DNA of 60,000 nucleotides, taken from positions 106,208,001 through 106,268,000 of the forward strand of contig NC_087437.1 in the NCBI RefSeq assembly GCF_036321535.1, given 5' to 3'. Below are positions 1 through 14,100 of the stretch, in pieces. Below the pieces are notes generated by a model. It saw only the letters and a list, made by a program, of their open reading frames with translations. It made no database searches and had not been told where the DNA came from. The position numbers and the translations under genes are program-made. Origin of the DNA: Camelus dromedarius (lineage: Eukaryota). Position 1 is the first letter of the stretch. Each line of letters begins with the position of its first letter.

Positions 1-479
1 GTGTGTGTAAGGGAGCAAACATCTATGCCATTTTACCTAGATACAATGTTTCTCCTTTCCAACCTCCATCTTTTCTACTGTTGTCCTTGTTGAACTGTTC
101 TCCATGTTGCCAAATGTGATTCCTCTCTGAAAGTCTAACTCCAAAGTCTCTTACGGCTTCTTAAGTCTTTCCAACTCATCTAGTCTTCAAAGCCAAAGTC
201 CACCTCATATTGTAATCCTGGTGCCCTCAGCATGTTCCTGTTTCTCTTACTGCCCTTACTGGGCTGTAGTGTTATCATTTTACACACACATCTTTCTGGG
301 GCAGAGATAACACATCTTTATGTCCCTAGCACCTAGCGTAGCGCCTAGCACATAGAAGTTTTTAAATACTTAGTTAAATAAAAGTAAGTAACGTAGTAAA
401 TAACATAACATTAATTATAAACTATACATAAAATAAACATTAACAAATGAGATAATGGAAAATAAACACTAATACCCTT

Positions 480-2420
480 GGAGAGAAATGAGGTGGTAAT
501 GGCCCTATATTACAAAATTTGATAAAGCTTCTGCAATTAAAATCCTGTGGGACTGGTACATGAAGAGACTGACAGACCAATGGTAGAGAATATAAAGTCC
601 AGAAATTGGCCCAAGTTGATTTGAAATTTAGGATAGATAGATAGATGTAAAAATAGAGATTATCTATACCTACCATGTCTATCTGTCTATTGATCTACAT
701 GTAAAATGGTAGCATTTCAAACTAGAGAGAATTCTTAATACTGTTAGAAAAGTTGCACAGTTATTTAAGGGAAATTAAATCTGAATCTGATAGCATACAT
801 GGGGATAAACTCCAAATCAATCAGAGATCTAACTGTAAGTAAATAAATAAATAAATAAAAAGATCACTACCTGCCTCCCCTCAAAACCCCCCCCCCCAAA
901 AAAAAGGAAGCATGGTATAGATTTCTGTAGACTGGTCTATATATCCAAGCAGCATCCGCATTAAAAAAAAAAAAAAAACACCTTAAACAAATCAAAAGAT
1001 AAATGTCTAGTTGGGAAAAGATATTTTGCAATTTAAGCCTCAACTAGAGTATTGTCACTGATATAAGAGCACTTAAAAATGAAAAGAAAATTAAAATATA
1101 AAGAATAAAATAGAAAAATGGTGCATGCATGCATGCACACATACACAAACACAGACACATACGCAAACACACGCACAAGCAAACCCCAGAGAATTCCGAG
1201 AAGGAAAGTCCAAAAAGCTCTTCAGATATGAAGCTCTACTCAACATAACTTGAAATGCAAATTAAACCTTCACAAAGATAACACTGCTTGCCTACTAGAT
1301 TATCAAAACACATAACTCATCTGCATGCTCTGTTATTGAAGTTGTATGGAAACAAGCATTTTCACACACTGTTGATAGGCTGTGTAATGCTATAGCTGCT
1401 ACGGACTGGAATCCAGCAATATGTAGAAAAATTATATATCTGCCTTTTGACTCACCAACCCCACTACTGGGAGTCTGTTCCAAAGCTGTACAAAAACAGG
1501 ACATGATTCATACATAATATTATTCATTTCAAAATTATTTATTATAAAAAGGATTGAAGGGAGGAGGGTATATAGCTCAATGGTAGAGTGCATACTTAGC
1601 AATCCCCAGTACCTCCATTAAAAAAATTGAAAAAAGAAAGAAATATATAAATAAGTCTAATTACCCTCTTCTCCAAGTTAAAAAAAATTTTTAATTAAAA
1701 GAAGATTGAAAATAATCGAATACCCATTAATAGGGGATTGACTGAATAAATGACAGAATGATATGCAATGTAGTTATAAAAGGAATTAGAGTGATCTCCA
1801 TGAATGGATATAGTAACTGGAAAAAGCAAGGTGTAGAACTGTATAGTTTTGCATGCTACGTTTTATGCAAGAGAAAAACACTGGGAGGTTAAATCAAAAC
1901 TATTCAAAATGTGTGGAAGGTGCAAGAATGGAACAGCTTTCTCTTAATAGCTTATTACACAGATTTGATTTTGAAAACTTAAAGGTTCTATTTAAAAGAT
2001 AAAATTCACTAAGACATCCATCTCCAAAAATTGAAAACAAATGGAAAGAAATGAACCTACTGTATTTCAAATCAGTGATGTAACCACACAGAGGAAAGAA
2101 TTATTCCAGTCTGAGCTTGGAACGTAACATTCCACTGAAGAGTGGGATATATTTTAAGGATAAATAAAGCTACAAATACATTTTAAACTGAAGTAATTTA
2201 AAATAGCGGTTTTGTTCTTTTGAAACTGCTTTGTATTACAGGACAATGCAAATCAGTAATTATATTAATATAGATAGATCAAAACTTCCAGCATAGGAAA
2301 AAAGAGTTATATGTGTAATGTTTTTTTAAAAGTTAAGTAAAAGTCCTGTAATGTTATATTTGAATTGAAAATATCAGTATGAACTCATGATGCTTTTTTT
2401 CTTCCTAAAATTATACATTT
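480..2420 (+). mobile_element. Degraded ancient L1 (L1M-type) ORF2-3' and 3' UTR fragments
   Basis: A-rich L1-like motifs (gactggtacatgaagagactgacagaccaatgg, atgcaaattaaa, ccttttgactcaccaaccccactactggga, cccattaataggggattg); boundaries approximate. Confidence 0.6.
1559..1700 (+). mobile_element. tRNA-Ala-derived camelid-type SINE with internal deletion removing most of the B box
   Basis: ggagggtatatagctcaatggtagagtgcatacttagc^aatccccagtacctcca plus A-rich tail; flanking gattgaa repeats. Confidence 0.8.
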
Positions 2421-3589
2421 CCTGTCTCTGTGCGCTAAAAAGGCCTGGATGAAATCACAACCTGTATCAGTCAGCTTTTATGAAGTAACAAATAACCCCC
2501 AAATCTCAGTAGTTTGCAACTATACACATTGTTTTTTGCTTGCATTCAATTTTGGTGGCTCCAGGTCTGCTGCACAGTCTCTGCTCTACATGTCTCCTTA
2601 TTCCAGGCCCCAGGTTGAAGAAATTAGCCCTGTTTGGGACAGATAATCCTTGTGGTCAAGGGAAATGCAAGGGACAGAGCTAAATTATGTAACGGCTCAA
2701 AGCATCCACTTAACATTGTGGATGTCCATTGATCAAAGCACATCACATGGCCATCCTGAAACAGAGTGAATTCTGTCTGGCATGCCCTGGAAATCAGTGA
2801 TAGTAAGTGGGAAGGAAATGAGTAGTTGGGAATAATAATACAGTCTATCCTACAACCCCATAAAAGTGATCATACAGATTGTGATTGCTGGATACTATTC
2901 CACACTAGCAGTGACTAGAGATCTTTGGAGGAACATCTGATTCCATGTTTAGACTTAGACATGTATAAGATGAGTCTGGGACCTTTTATTGCACCAGAAA
3001 ACAAGTTAGAATTCTCAAAGCTAATGAGATTGTGTCAAAAAGACACAGGAATCAACTTTAAAAAGCCCCCTTTGGCCAAATTAAAGGCAATTTGAGAATC
3101 AAAAAATAAATTGAATGCAATCGATTTAAAGATTTTGAACATATTTTACGAAATGTACTACTTATACAGAGAGAGAAAAAGCCAGCTAAAAAAACCCCAC
3201 AGTTACCACTCTTTGGTCACCATTAGAACTCAACAATTGTTTCTTACTCTGATATTTGGCAATCAAAATAAAGAAGTAAGCTTTACCCTGCTTTCCTGTC
3301 TGTTTGCATATGTAACCGTGTAGCCTTAATTGACAAGCAAAAGTTCTTTATCAAATTCAAGCTAATATATACACAAAGATAATAGAAAAAAATAATAGAA
3401 TCGAGTCATCATTCTCCTGCTACATGTAATTGGCTTACAATATGATTATTAATGGGTAAAAACATTAGGGAAATGTTGATAGGGGACTGTACAATAGAAG
3501 GATTAATCTGTTTATTACCTGAAACCACTGATTAATCTTAGCATCAGTAAAAGGACATAGTGTTCCCTATGTAGTATTTTTGACCATCC

Positions 3590-4498
3590 CTCAAAAAAGA
3601 AAATTACTTCACTTGACTCAGTCTTCTAGGCAAGCTAACTTCTTTTTACAGGAGAGTAGATGCATGGATTACGTGACACACAGACAAACTCAGAAAGTCG
3701 GTTTTTCTATAGAGTAAGTGACTCGGTTTCTGCAACAAGTCAGTGGCATGGAAAAAGAAAATAAAAGGGAGGGAAAACAAGGTTAGCACTAGATTAAAAT
3801 GAAATAAGGCAAAAAGCCTACAAAGCAAATGTAATGCCTGAGACATGGTTTGGATCGTGATTCAAATAAGACATCAAGGAATTCGACTGGGGCTGGATAT
3901 TAGATTATACCAAGGAATTATTTTTAATTGTGTTAGTTGTCCTAATGGTGTTGTAGCCATATGTCTTTAATTTGAATTGAGACCTCCTTAAATAATAAAG
4001 AAAACATTTTGATATATATGTAATTTGAAAATTCCTCAACACCTAAAAGGATAGATGAAGTAAATGTGGCCAAGTCTTTATAACTGTTGAATCCAAATAA
4101 TGAGCATATCGGGTTTATTGTTCTGTTCTCTCCTCTTTTGTGTCTATTTGAAAACTTTTCATAATAAAAAACTACTTAAGCCCCGTCCCCCCAAAAAAAA
4201 CAGAAAAAAAGAGAAGAATGTGATAAATATAGAGAGATTCTAATATTTTTCTTACCCCTCTGGATTTTCTTGTACCTTCTGCCTTAGAGTCCACTGGTTT
4301 AAGAAGATAAACAGACCATAGTGAGTCTATCAGAGACACCTGAAGTATCTGTTCTCTTAAACTCTACACGTTGACCAAGGTGGTGTCTATAAGAAACCCA
4401 AATTCTGTCTAATTAACCATCCTTCTAATTGATTTGGTGTATTTCACACTAATAAAATGCTTTCCAATAAACGAACACCCTGTCACTAACTGGAACTC
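3590..4498 (+). repeat. ~0.9-kb local duplication, copy 1
   Basis: Near-identical to 9047-9955, with paralogous ORFs 3646..3846 and 9107..9307. Confidence 0.97.
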
Positions 4499-5708
4499 CT
4501 GGGTTATACAGCAAAGTCTGTTAGTAAATCTACTGCATCACAGCTGTGTTTTTCTTCATGGGGAAGTGTGGACCTTTTAGTTCATTTCTTTTTAAAGGGA
4601 CTTTAATATTTTATTCCCTAAAATGTAAAAGTTCCCATTAGATGAGTTCATGTCACATTCACAGACTAATGGCAAGAAAAGGTGAATATGAAAAAGAGAG
4701 TTGATTAAATTCCTAAATATTTAAAAATGTTCTCTTGCATTGATTTCATGTAGGCTGAGTCAATCAAGCCTCTCTCATCAAGCCTCTAAACAACAAAACA
4801 GAATAGTAGTAGCCTTGCTGTAGGGTAAGAGCATATCCAGCCTTTGACATAGCAACTCAAACTCATTTCAGAGTTGCTCAGACTTTCTAAATTATTTATT
4901 TAATGTTCAAACCCATGTCATTAAAAACTTAATATCAAGTGGCAAGTGAGTTCCTTATGTGATTTAATTTCTCATAGCTCCTTGAACTCTGAAGACTCTC
5001 AAGCTCTAAGGATTCTCTAGAGAAGACTGGTCATGGGGAAAGAATGGAAGAAATAGAGACATTTGGAGGCAACCTAAAGCTGTGTCAGCAGCTTATGCAT
5101 ACTAGCAACGTAGTCCTTTATGTCAGAAGCTATTTTCAACACTTTCCTCAAATACACCGTGAATTCATGAGCAAGAGAACACAGATGTTAATTGAGGAAG
5201 GGGTCTTCCTTCCACTTCGCCTTCCATGCCACTGTTTCTTAGTCTTAGAGTGGAAGCAAGATTGCATCCCTGCCCTCTATCAGAATTTGTATGTAGAGTC
5301 CTAATTATTGGAACCAACAAATCATATCTCTCTTCCTTGTTCCATTTTACACTTCAACTATTTATCTTTAGCGATGAGATACCCAAACATGCTGAGCAAT
5401 GATGAGACCAGTCAAAACTAGCTCATTACATAAGCTAGACTATCTGAGGAAATGCATTTCTAATTATGAGAAAATAAAAGGACAAATAATTTTGGAAGTG
5501 GGATACAAATGTACTTTTTTAAAATAAAGTTAAGTTACCTCACCAATGAGTGTGTTGAATATAAATGTTTCTTTTCAGAGGACCGTAGATTCCCATCTTT
5601 TACCTGAAAGAATATCTTCCCTGACAGGGTGACTCCAGGGCATGTTCACGCTTACTAGGATGGGGGACAGAATCACCTTCACTTTTTAAATTAATTTTAT
5701 GAATTATT

Positions 5709-6440
5709 ATATTTCTTTTTTATTGACATATAGTCAGTTTACAATGTTGTGTCAATTTCTGGTGTGCAGTATAATGTGTCAGTTATACATATACATCCAT
5801 ATATTCCTTTTCATATTCTATTTCATTATAGGTTACCACAAGATACTGAATATAGTTCCCTGTGCTATACAGAAGAAACTTGTTGTTTATCTGTTTTTAT
5901 ATATAGTATTTAGTATCTCCAAATCTCGAACTCCCAGTTTATCTCTTCCCACCCTCTTTACCCCCTGGTAACCATAAGTTTGTTTTCTATGTCTCTGAGT
6001 TTGTTTTTGTTTTGTAAGTTAATTTATGTCTTTTAGATTCCACATATAAGTGATATCATAAGGTATTTTCTTTCTCTTTCTGACTTACTTCACTTAGAAT
6101 GATGATCTCCAGGTCTATCCATGTTGCTGCAAAGTGCATTATTTTATTCTTTTTCATGGCTGACTAGTATCCCATTGTATAAATATATCACAACTTCTTT
6201 ATCCAGTAATCTGTTGATGGACATTTAGGCTGTTTCCATGTCTTGGCTATTGTAAATAGTGCTGCTATCAACACTGGAGTGCACGTATCTTTTTGAATTG
6301 GAGTTCCCTCCAGATGTATGCCCAAGAATGGGATTGCTGGATCATAGGGTAAGTCTATTTTTAGTTTTTTTGAGGAACCTCCATACTGTTTTTCATAGTC
6401 TGCACCAAATTACATTCCAAACAGTGTTAAGAGTGTTCCC
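5709..6440 (-). mobile_element. 5'-truncated L1 3' end
   Basis: Typical L1 3' UTR and ORF2-end sequence; perfect 14-bp TSD ttttatgaattatt at 5695-5708 and 6441-6454. Confidence 0.92.
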
Positions 6441-9046
6441 TTTTATGAATTATTTTTCTAATACATCTTTGGTAGTGATGCATTGTTGAAATCATAGGTT
6501 AAATATCCATGTGAAATGTCTCCACTGGATGTTCAAAGAACTTCCTTATATTTTAAACTGTAAATGTCAAGTGTTCAAGAGGAAGAAGCAAAAAAGTGTG
6601 ATGTAAATGAAATGGAACTTGGCATCCAAGGAACCAAGATTGTGTCCGTTCTGCTCTTAGTAATGATATAGCTTTAGAAAACAGCTTAATTTTATTTAGA
6701 TTTTATTTTCCCTATTTGTAAAATGAGGGGGTTTGATTTAATGATGATTTAGGTGTTCTTTATAACTTAACATCGTATATTTTTAAATGGGGGAAAACGT
6801 ACCGTAGTTAGCCTGTGATGATAAAATTATTTTATGTGGAGTTGTGAACATGCTTTAATTCTAAACTGACTCTTTATTGGTTAGAACACACAGTTTGTTT
6901 TGAAAAGGAGCAAGACGTGGGCTCCAAAAGTGGCTTGGTATTCACGGAGTTTGTGTCTTCATGTATATTATGTTTAAAGTTTCTATTTGATGCAGTAGGC
7001 AACAGGAAGTTGCTGGAAGTTTCAACGAGTGAAACCATATGCCAAAAACATGGGATTGGAAGTAAACAATAATTTTGACCCTTACATGTGGGACAGACAG
7101 GAGGAGAGAGGTAACTTTAACCCAGGTATTATTAGGTAATAGGGTCCAGGATTAAAATGGCAGCTGTCAAAAAATTGTTTAGAAAGAGTTGAATCCAGAA
7201 GACATTTAGAATAGAAGTGGTAAGACTTAGTGGTTGATTAAATATAGAAGACATCAAAGAAATCAAAACAATACTTCCAAGTATTGTAAATGTGAAGAAC
7301 CAGGGAAATCATAGCATTTAATTAAAAAAGGAATTATTATTTTCTATAGTTCAGGGGGCAAAAAAAAAAAAAATCCAACTAAAAGTATCTGTATAGACTA
7401 TTGAAAAGAAAAAGAGTGAGAAGTCTAAATTTCCTGTACCTATCCTTTGTAATTAAGTGGTAAATAAAAATAGGAAGATAGATTCATTCTGGGAGAAAAC
7501 ATGGAGGGAGATTAGGGGCGAAGGACTGACCTCTGGAGGATGTGCTCAGTTATAGAACACAAAGGAGCAGAGACAATGAAGAAACGGTGCCCCACGAAAT
7601 GAGAGACAAGCAACAAACAGCATCATGGACGCAGGGAGGGATTTTCAGCTACTTTTTATGAGTTTAACTGGGGTAACTGGTGTCTCTTAAGTTTCCTTAT
7701 CTGAAGAATAGTATGCCTAAAACGATTTCATCCCTTTTCAGGCAGGTACTAGCACACCTTTAAATGATCTTAAAGATCTCTGATCCAAATCTTCAATAAA
7801 AACCTTTGAAAAAGTAAGCATATCGTGACATCATAACCCAGTTTTCTCCACCTTCAAAGATATAACACAGAGACTCATATTAATTAAGCTATAAATGCGT
7901 GAAGCCTAATTAGGAATCCTGGACTCAACATATTAAAAGAGTCCCAAATATTTTCTGACTGATCCTGTTCCTATGGAAACTAAAGTTGGGAAGTAGTAAA
8001 ACAACAAAACAAATTATGAAATGGTACCAAAGAAATCAGCTGAAAGAGTTATTATTTCAAACTTAAGGGAAAAACATCCTGTGTGCTACTGCCAGATAGC
8101 ACATTGCAATTTAAAACAAAATACATGTACAAAACTTAGGAAATGCATGATATATAAAAATTTACCTTTGCTTAAGATGGCACTAATGTTTTTCTTTAAA
8201 TGTAAACTTTTAGTAAAAAGGCCAGAAAATTATGGAGACTTTTTCTATTTCCTTTTTAAATGATCTGTGATGCTGTTAGGCTGACTAAATCATTTCTGGA
8301 TATTTTTCCCATTTACTTAAACAATATTTTCAGATCATGAAATATTCATTGCAGGCTTATGAGTTACCCTTCAGGTTAATAGTGCCTTGAATTCAATTTG
8401 AGTGGTGAATGTGGAAGGCATTTATATATGCTGAGACTACCACACTGCAAATATACTAAATGTCAAAAAGTATTTTAATAACACATTCACATATTTAAAC
8501 CATGAACTACATTATAAATTGAATATTCAGATTATTTTATTACGATAGAAACCATTTGCCATCCTTGCACTGCGCCTGCGGGATGGCGTGTGCTGCTTCT
8601 ACATCTGCACATAACAAGACAGAGGCTCCCTCTCTGCCCAACTTGTGCATCATATTGCTGAAGTGAGCACCAGAAAAGAGCATCTTCATTTCCCCTGAAA
8701 TCTCCCCAGACTTCTACCTTTTCTGATACTTTGTCTCCCACAAAGGACAGAAATGAGATTTGGCGTCAGCAATTCCAACTTCTTCAAGTCCTTCCTCTAT
8801 GTAGCCCTAAAAACATTTTAAGCTTCTGTCTCTCATTTTGAAACGTGATAAAAACAGTTCTAGGTACCACACAGGGACGTTAACATGAGAATTAAGTGCC
8901 ATAATTCCCGTGAAAGTATTTTTTTCAATCCTAAAGTTCCATTCAAATGTTAATTTTGTTTTTCTTTACTTTTTAATCTCTTAGGTTGCCCATTACTTCA
9001 CTCTGGTCTTTTCCTTCCTTCATCCTTCTTGGCTTCCAGAAAAAAA

Positions 9047-9955
9047 CTCAAAAAAAAAAAAAAATTACTTCACTTGACTCAGTCTTCTAGGCAAGCTAAC
9101 TTCTTTTTACAGGAGAATAGATGTATGGATTACATGACACACAGAGAAACTCAGAAAGTCGGTTTGTCTATAGAGTAAGTGACTCGGTTTCTGCAACAAG
9201 TTAGTGGCATGGAAAAAGAAAATAAAAGGGAGGGAAAACAAGGTTAGCACTAGATTAAAACGAAATAAGGCAAAAAGCCTACAAAGCAAATGTAATGCCT
9301 GAGACATGGTTTGGATTGTGATTCAAATAAGACATCAAGGAATTCGACTGGGGCTGGATATTAGATTATACCAAGGAATTATTTTTAATTTTGTAAGTTG
9401 TCCTAATGGTGTTGTAGCCATATATCTTTAATTGGAATTGAGACCTTCTTAAATAATAAAGAAAACATTTTGATATATATGTAATTTGAAAATTCCTCAA
9501 CACCTAAAAGGATAGATGAAGTAAATGTGGCCAAGTCTTTATAACTGTTGAATCCAAATAATGAGCATATCGGGTTTATTGTTCTGTTCTCTCCACTTTT
9601 GTGCCTATTTGAAAACTTTTTATAATAAAAAACTACTTAAGCCTGCCCCCCCCCAAAAAAAAACAGAAAACAAGAGTAGAACGTGATAAATATAGAGAGA
9701 TTCTAATATTTTTCTTAACCCTCTGGATTTTCTTGTACCTTCTGCCTTGGAGTCCACACTGGTTTAAGAAGATAAACAGACCATAGTGACTCTACCTGGG
9801 ACACCTGAAATATCTGTTCTCTTAAACTCTACACCTTGAGCAAGGTGGCGTGTGTAAGAAACCGAAATTCTGTCTAATTAACTGTCCTTTTAATTGATTT
9901 GGTCTATTTCACACTAATAAAATGTTTTCAAATAAACGAACACTAACTGGAACTC
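9047..9955 (+). repeat. ~0.9-kb local duplication, copy 2
   Basis: Direct repeat of 3590-4498 with scattered substitutions and small indels. Confidence 0.97.
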
Positions 9956-10350
9956 AAAATAAATGGTTCTTGTTCCCTTGGCTTCCTGAACACTAATCAA
10001 AGGAAACACGAAACAACAATAAACTGGGAGGGTTTCCCTTAGTTTTCAAATCTCTGTGGAAGCATTTACACTAGTAGAATTTAATGAATAACACATGTAT
10101 GAAATGTACGGGCTAAACTTTTGATGAATCATGATCTGGCAGGAGAGTTGAAAACTAAAATGTATAAAGCTCTTCAGAGTTTTAGAATTGAAATTTGAGA
10201 AAGAGAGCACTATGGTTTTGGTCCTATAAAATCTTAGTGTTTTAAAGGTCGAACTGTCAGACAGTGGCCTCTGGAGACCACTTTATTGTGAGTGGTCAAA
10301 TCTAGAAAGCCGCGTAAACTCGTAAATAAGGAGAAGTCTGTAATTGTGGG

Positions 10351-10537
10351 CAGGGATGGATTGTTAGAGCTCTCACTAAGAAAAATTGTACAAAAAAATC
10401 TTACTTTTGTACATTTTATAAAATATGCTCAAATTCCAAGGCTCTCTGCACCTCACCCGCAGGGCCTGAGGAGGAGTCCATGCAGGGGAGGACCCCAAAG
10501 CTTAAGCCTCATTAAACTCGTGGTCAGTCCGCCTCCC
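10351..10537 (-). mobile_element. Small hAT MITE (MER53-like)
   Basis: Ends resembling caggg.tggatt / .tccgcct, with internal aagcttaagcctcatta motif; ~190 bp. Confidence 0.45.
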
Positions 10538-10757
10538 TTTATCTGGCTATTCGTTATATTTTATAAGTCTTCAAATTCAGAACATGATTGAAACATTAGC
10601 AGTGCTCTATCTTTGTTTGAGAAATACAAAGATAACTTCATTTGCAGATGGTAAATTTTTAAAAATTGCTGATAGTAGAGGATCTTTTTGGTACTTTCTA
10701 TGCTAATCCCTGTGAAAAACAATTTGCATGTTCATGCTTTCAAAAAATGAAAAAAAA

Positions 10758-11120
10758 TTTTTTTTATTGAGTTATAGTCAGTTTACAATGTTGCATCAAT
10801 TTCCAGTGTAGAGCACAATTTTTCAGTCATACATGAATATACATATATTCATTTTCACATTCTTTTTCACAGTGAGCTACCACAAGCTCTTGTATATATT
10901 TCCCTGTGCTGTACAGTATAAACTTGTTTATCTATTCTATATACACCTGTCAGTATCTACAAATTTCGAACTCCCAGTCTGTCCCTTCCCAACCCCCTCC
11001 CCCCTTGGCAACCACAAGTTTGTATTCTATGTCTATGAGTCTGTTTCTGTTTTATGTTTGATTTCATTTGTCTTCTTTTTTTTTTAGATTCCACATATGA
11101 GTGATATCATATGGTATTTT
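10758..11120 (-). mobile_element. 5'-truncated L1 3' end
   Basis: Same family as 5709-6440; degenerate TSD caaaaaat(g/c)aaaaa. Confidence 0.88.
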
Positions 11121-14100
11121 CAAAAAATCAAAAATTTTGATGCAATAAACTGTTGTTAGTGATTTCTGAAATTCACTCGGTAAGGCAGAGAATAAAGCTC
11201 CTAAAGTATAAAGAAAGTTTGAAACAAACACCGTTATAGAGTTGGGGGTGGAGTGGCTTAGTTATAGAGTGGGGGAGGGAGAGGGCTTGGTAGATGATAG
11301 AAAGCTATCTTCTCACATATGTTGTTAAGTGGGTTTATGAATATCAAATGACTGTAGGTAACCGTTTCATTATTCCCTGACCCAAACAGCCATTGACTCG
11401 TCTGTGCTGTCAGCTTTAGGAGTGCGTTAGGACTTCTGTGCAGGTTTGCACAGCTTGGAGATTCAGAACCAGAGTTCAGAACCCAGATTTAGAAACTTGG
11501 TTTTGGCTATTTGCTCAGAGCTGATCAAAATTCTGGAGAAATGATTTACAATGCCTGCTCTCAAAAATTATTTATTTGGCAATTACATTAGTATACTCAT
11601 TGCTGCTGAAAAATGCAGGTGGTGGCTCTGGACTTAATCTTGAAAAATTATATCAAAGTTTAGGAGTTAGCAACCATAATTTTAGATTAAAAGGTAGTGA
11701 ATAATCTTAAAGTGTCACCAGGCTCTCAAAGCTTGATGCACCATCTGTACTTAAAGACGTGCCTGAGACACAACCCAGAGCACGAGTCAGTTAGTGAAGA
11801 GAGACACGCGGGCTTGTTATGATCCACCTGTCCCACCGTACTGCTCTTGGCCATCACCCCATGTGTCTATTTTGATATCTGACATCTTTAGTAACAGTTT
11901 CTTATTTTACACTATCAAAGTGTTGGGACCATTGTTTCCTGGCACCTGAACCTGACCCTGAACCAATGAGAGCATGGAGTGGTTAGTATCCATGCCTTCC
12001 ACTGAGTATGTGATTCTCATTAGCATCAATTTTGGAAGATGACATTTCTTCATCTTGTCTTGAGAGTCTGCTGGATTTGAGTTGACTGTTGTTCTCTATC
12101 TAAACTCTGGAGTTAATGCCACTGGTGAACGAATTGTGTCTGGCTGAGGTCGTCACTTGTCGAACACCAAAGAAAGATCTCAGAATGCTAAAATGGCTTC
12201 TTTCACGTCCTAGTGGGGAGTACCTGGTGAGAAGTTAGCCACTGATGGCTTTCTGATGCTATTGACCACCATTAATTCCTTGAAGATATGCTTGAAGGAC
12301 ATTTCTCTGAAAATTTTGAGAATTGATCTTACTGGAAGAAGTTAATTTATTTACTTCATTTTGAATATCACCTGAAAAATTTAATCATCCAGTTGTTTGG
12401 GTAACGGAATGCCCTGAAACTTTCCCTACATTTACTAACGCATATAGTTTCATGAAAACAACTTATACTCAGTTCCAAAATACCAGTTTTCCTCCTTACA
12501 TTCAAATGATTAAAAAAACAGAAAAGAGGAGGAGGCATAAAGCTTTTGTGCAGTAGATGATAAATACACAAGGCTTATTCAAGTTAATTCACTCACCATA
12601 AACATTTGCCCATTAACACTTTCTCTGTTAAAATGGCTATTTGTTATATACTCCCTGAATAATATTCTTGCAACCCTAAATATTGATAATGGATGTGAAG
12701 TTCTTTGCCGAGTGTCTGAGAGTACCATGTGTGACACTGCTTTCTCACGACGCCTTGCGCTGACTTGAGAATGGGGGGCTGCGGGGGAAGTGCAGGGTGG
12801 GAGGAGGACTAAACTAGCTATAGATCGGTGCACATCGTGGCTTCCCTGCTTTGGAACGTTGTGACCTTGAGCAAGGTACTTAACCACTCTCGATCGTCAC
12901 ATCTGTCAAATAAGGATATTAACAGAGTGGAGTCACATCTTTGTTGGATGCCAAGTTCCTTAAGGGAAAATTTATTCATTGTCAAAATCACCCTGAAGTT
13001 CTTTAGGGCGTCATGAACTCACATCATGATGATGTGTAACTCATCAGGAACTCACATCAGCCGCGGGTAGCTCCAAAGTCAAGCACATCTTTTATTCCCC
13101 CTTGCACTTTGGTGAGGCTTCCCTTTCTCTGAAAATAGGATGTCAATGTCTCGTTAAAAGGAAGGGCTAGAATGGCCAGTGGCTAGAAGGACCTGTCTGA
13201 CTGTGTGTCTGTCTCTCTCTCTCCCTTTCCCACACTCTTTCTCCTTCCTTCAGCCCTCCCCCACCCCCTGCTATTCTAGACCTACTGTTGCTGAATGACA
13301 AGAGAGTTAGACTGATGAGTACATTATCCAGCATATCCTAACTTCTACCTCATTTGGGTTACTTCTATCCATATAAATACTTATCCATAATAAGTCCCAG
13401 ATGGTATTATTTTGTTACTGCTAGCCTTGTGGGTCTTCTAAATATTTTTTTACTATAATAATTGTACATAGTGATTATCAAAACCACATGGCTATTAAGT
13501 TTTATTTTTGAAAACTAATGAAGTAATTTGTATCCACTGTCTTTATAACTTGTTTTTATGCATAATATTCTCTGTCATATACTTTTAAAACAAACAGAAA
13601 ACCTCTATAACATGTCAATCTTTCCTAGTCATGTTTTCAATTAAAAATATTAATTTAAATAACACTTTTATAGTAAATTTTTATATTGTGGTAGTGTGAA
13701 TACATATTTATTCTTAGACAAGCCAAATTATTTTAGATGTATGATCGACCATATAAGAACTTTTATTCTTATGGGGGATGGGGAAAGGAAACATAAACGT
13801 TTTATTTGACAAGGAATTACTTGACTTGGAGTTTTAGCAGTCATGGAAATAATAATCTCTTAACCTCATTTTATGAACTTCTGCCAGAGATTTTGGAACA
13901 CATCTATAACTATGAAAGATGTTTCGTAGCTAACCTTAAAACAGTTGTTGACCTCAACCAGTGGACCTACATGACAATTTTTTGTTTATTTTTCTATTTA
14001 ACTTACTCTGGAAAAGTGAAGGGAAAAAAAAAAATCAGTTCAAGAAAGCAGCCGACAGAGACTGTTTCTGACATCTGCTCGTGAAATGTTGATACAAAAT

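Noticed and set aside
633..690. TAGA repeats followed by complementary TCTA repeats (hairpin potential)
   Set aside because: Degenerate microsatellite within an old L1; no evidence of a structured RNA
3646..9307. Paralogous 66-aa ORFs MSQALHLLCR...
   Set aside because: By-product of the 0.9-kb duplication of old L1-like sequence
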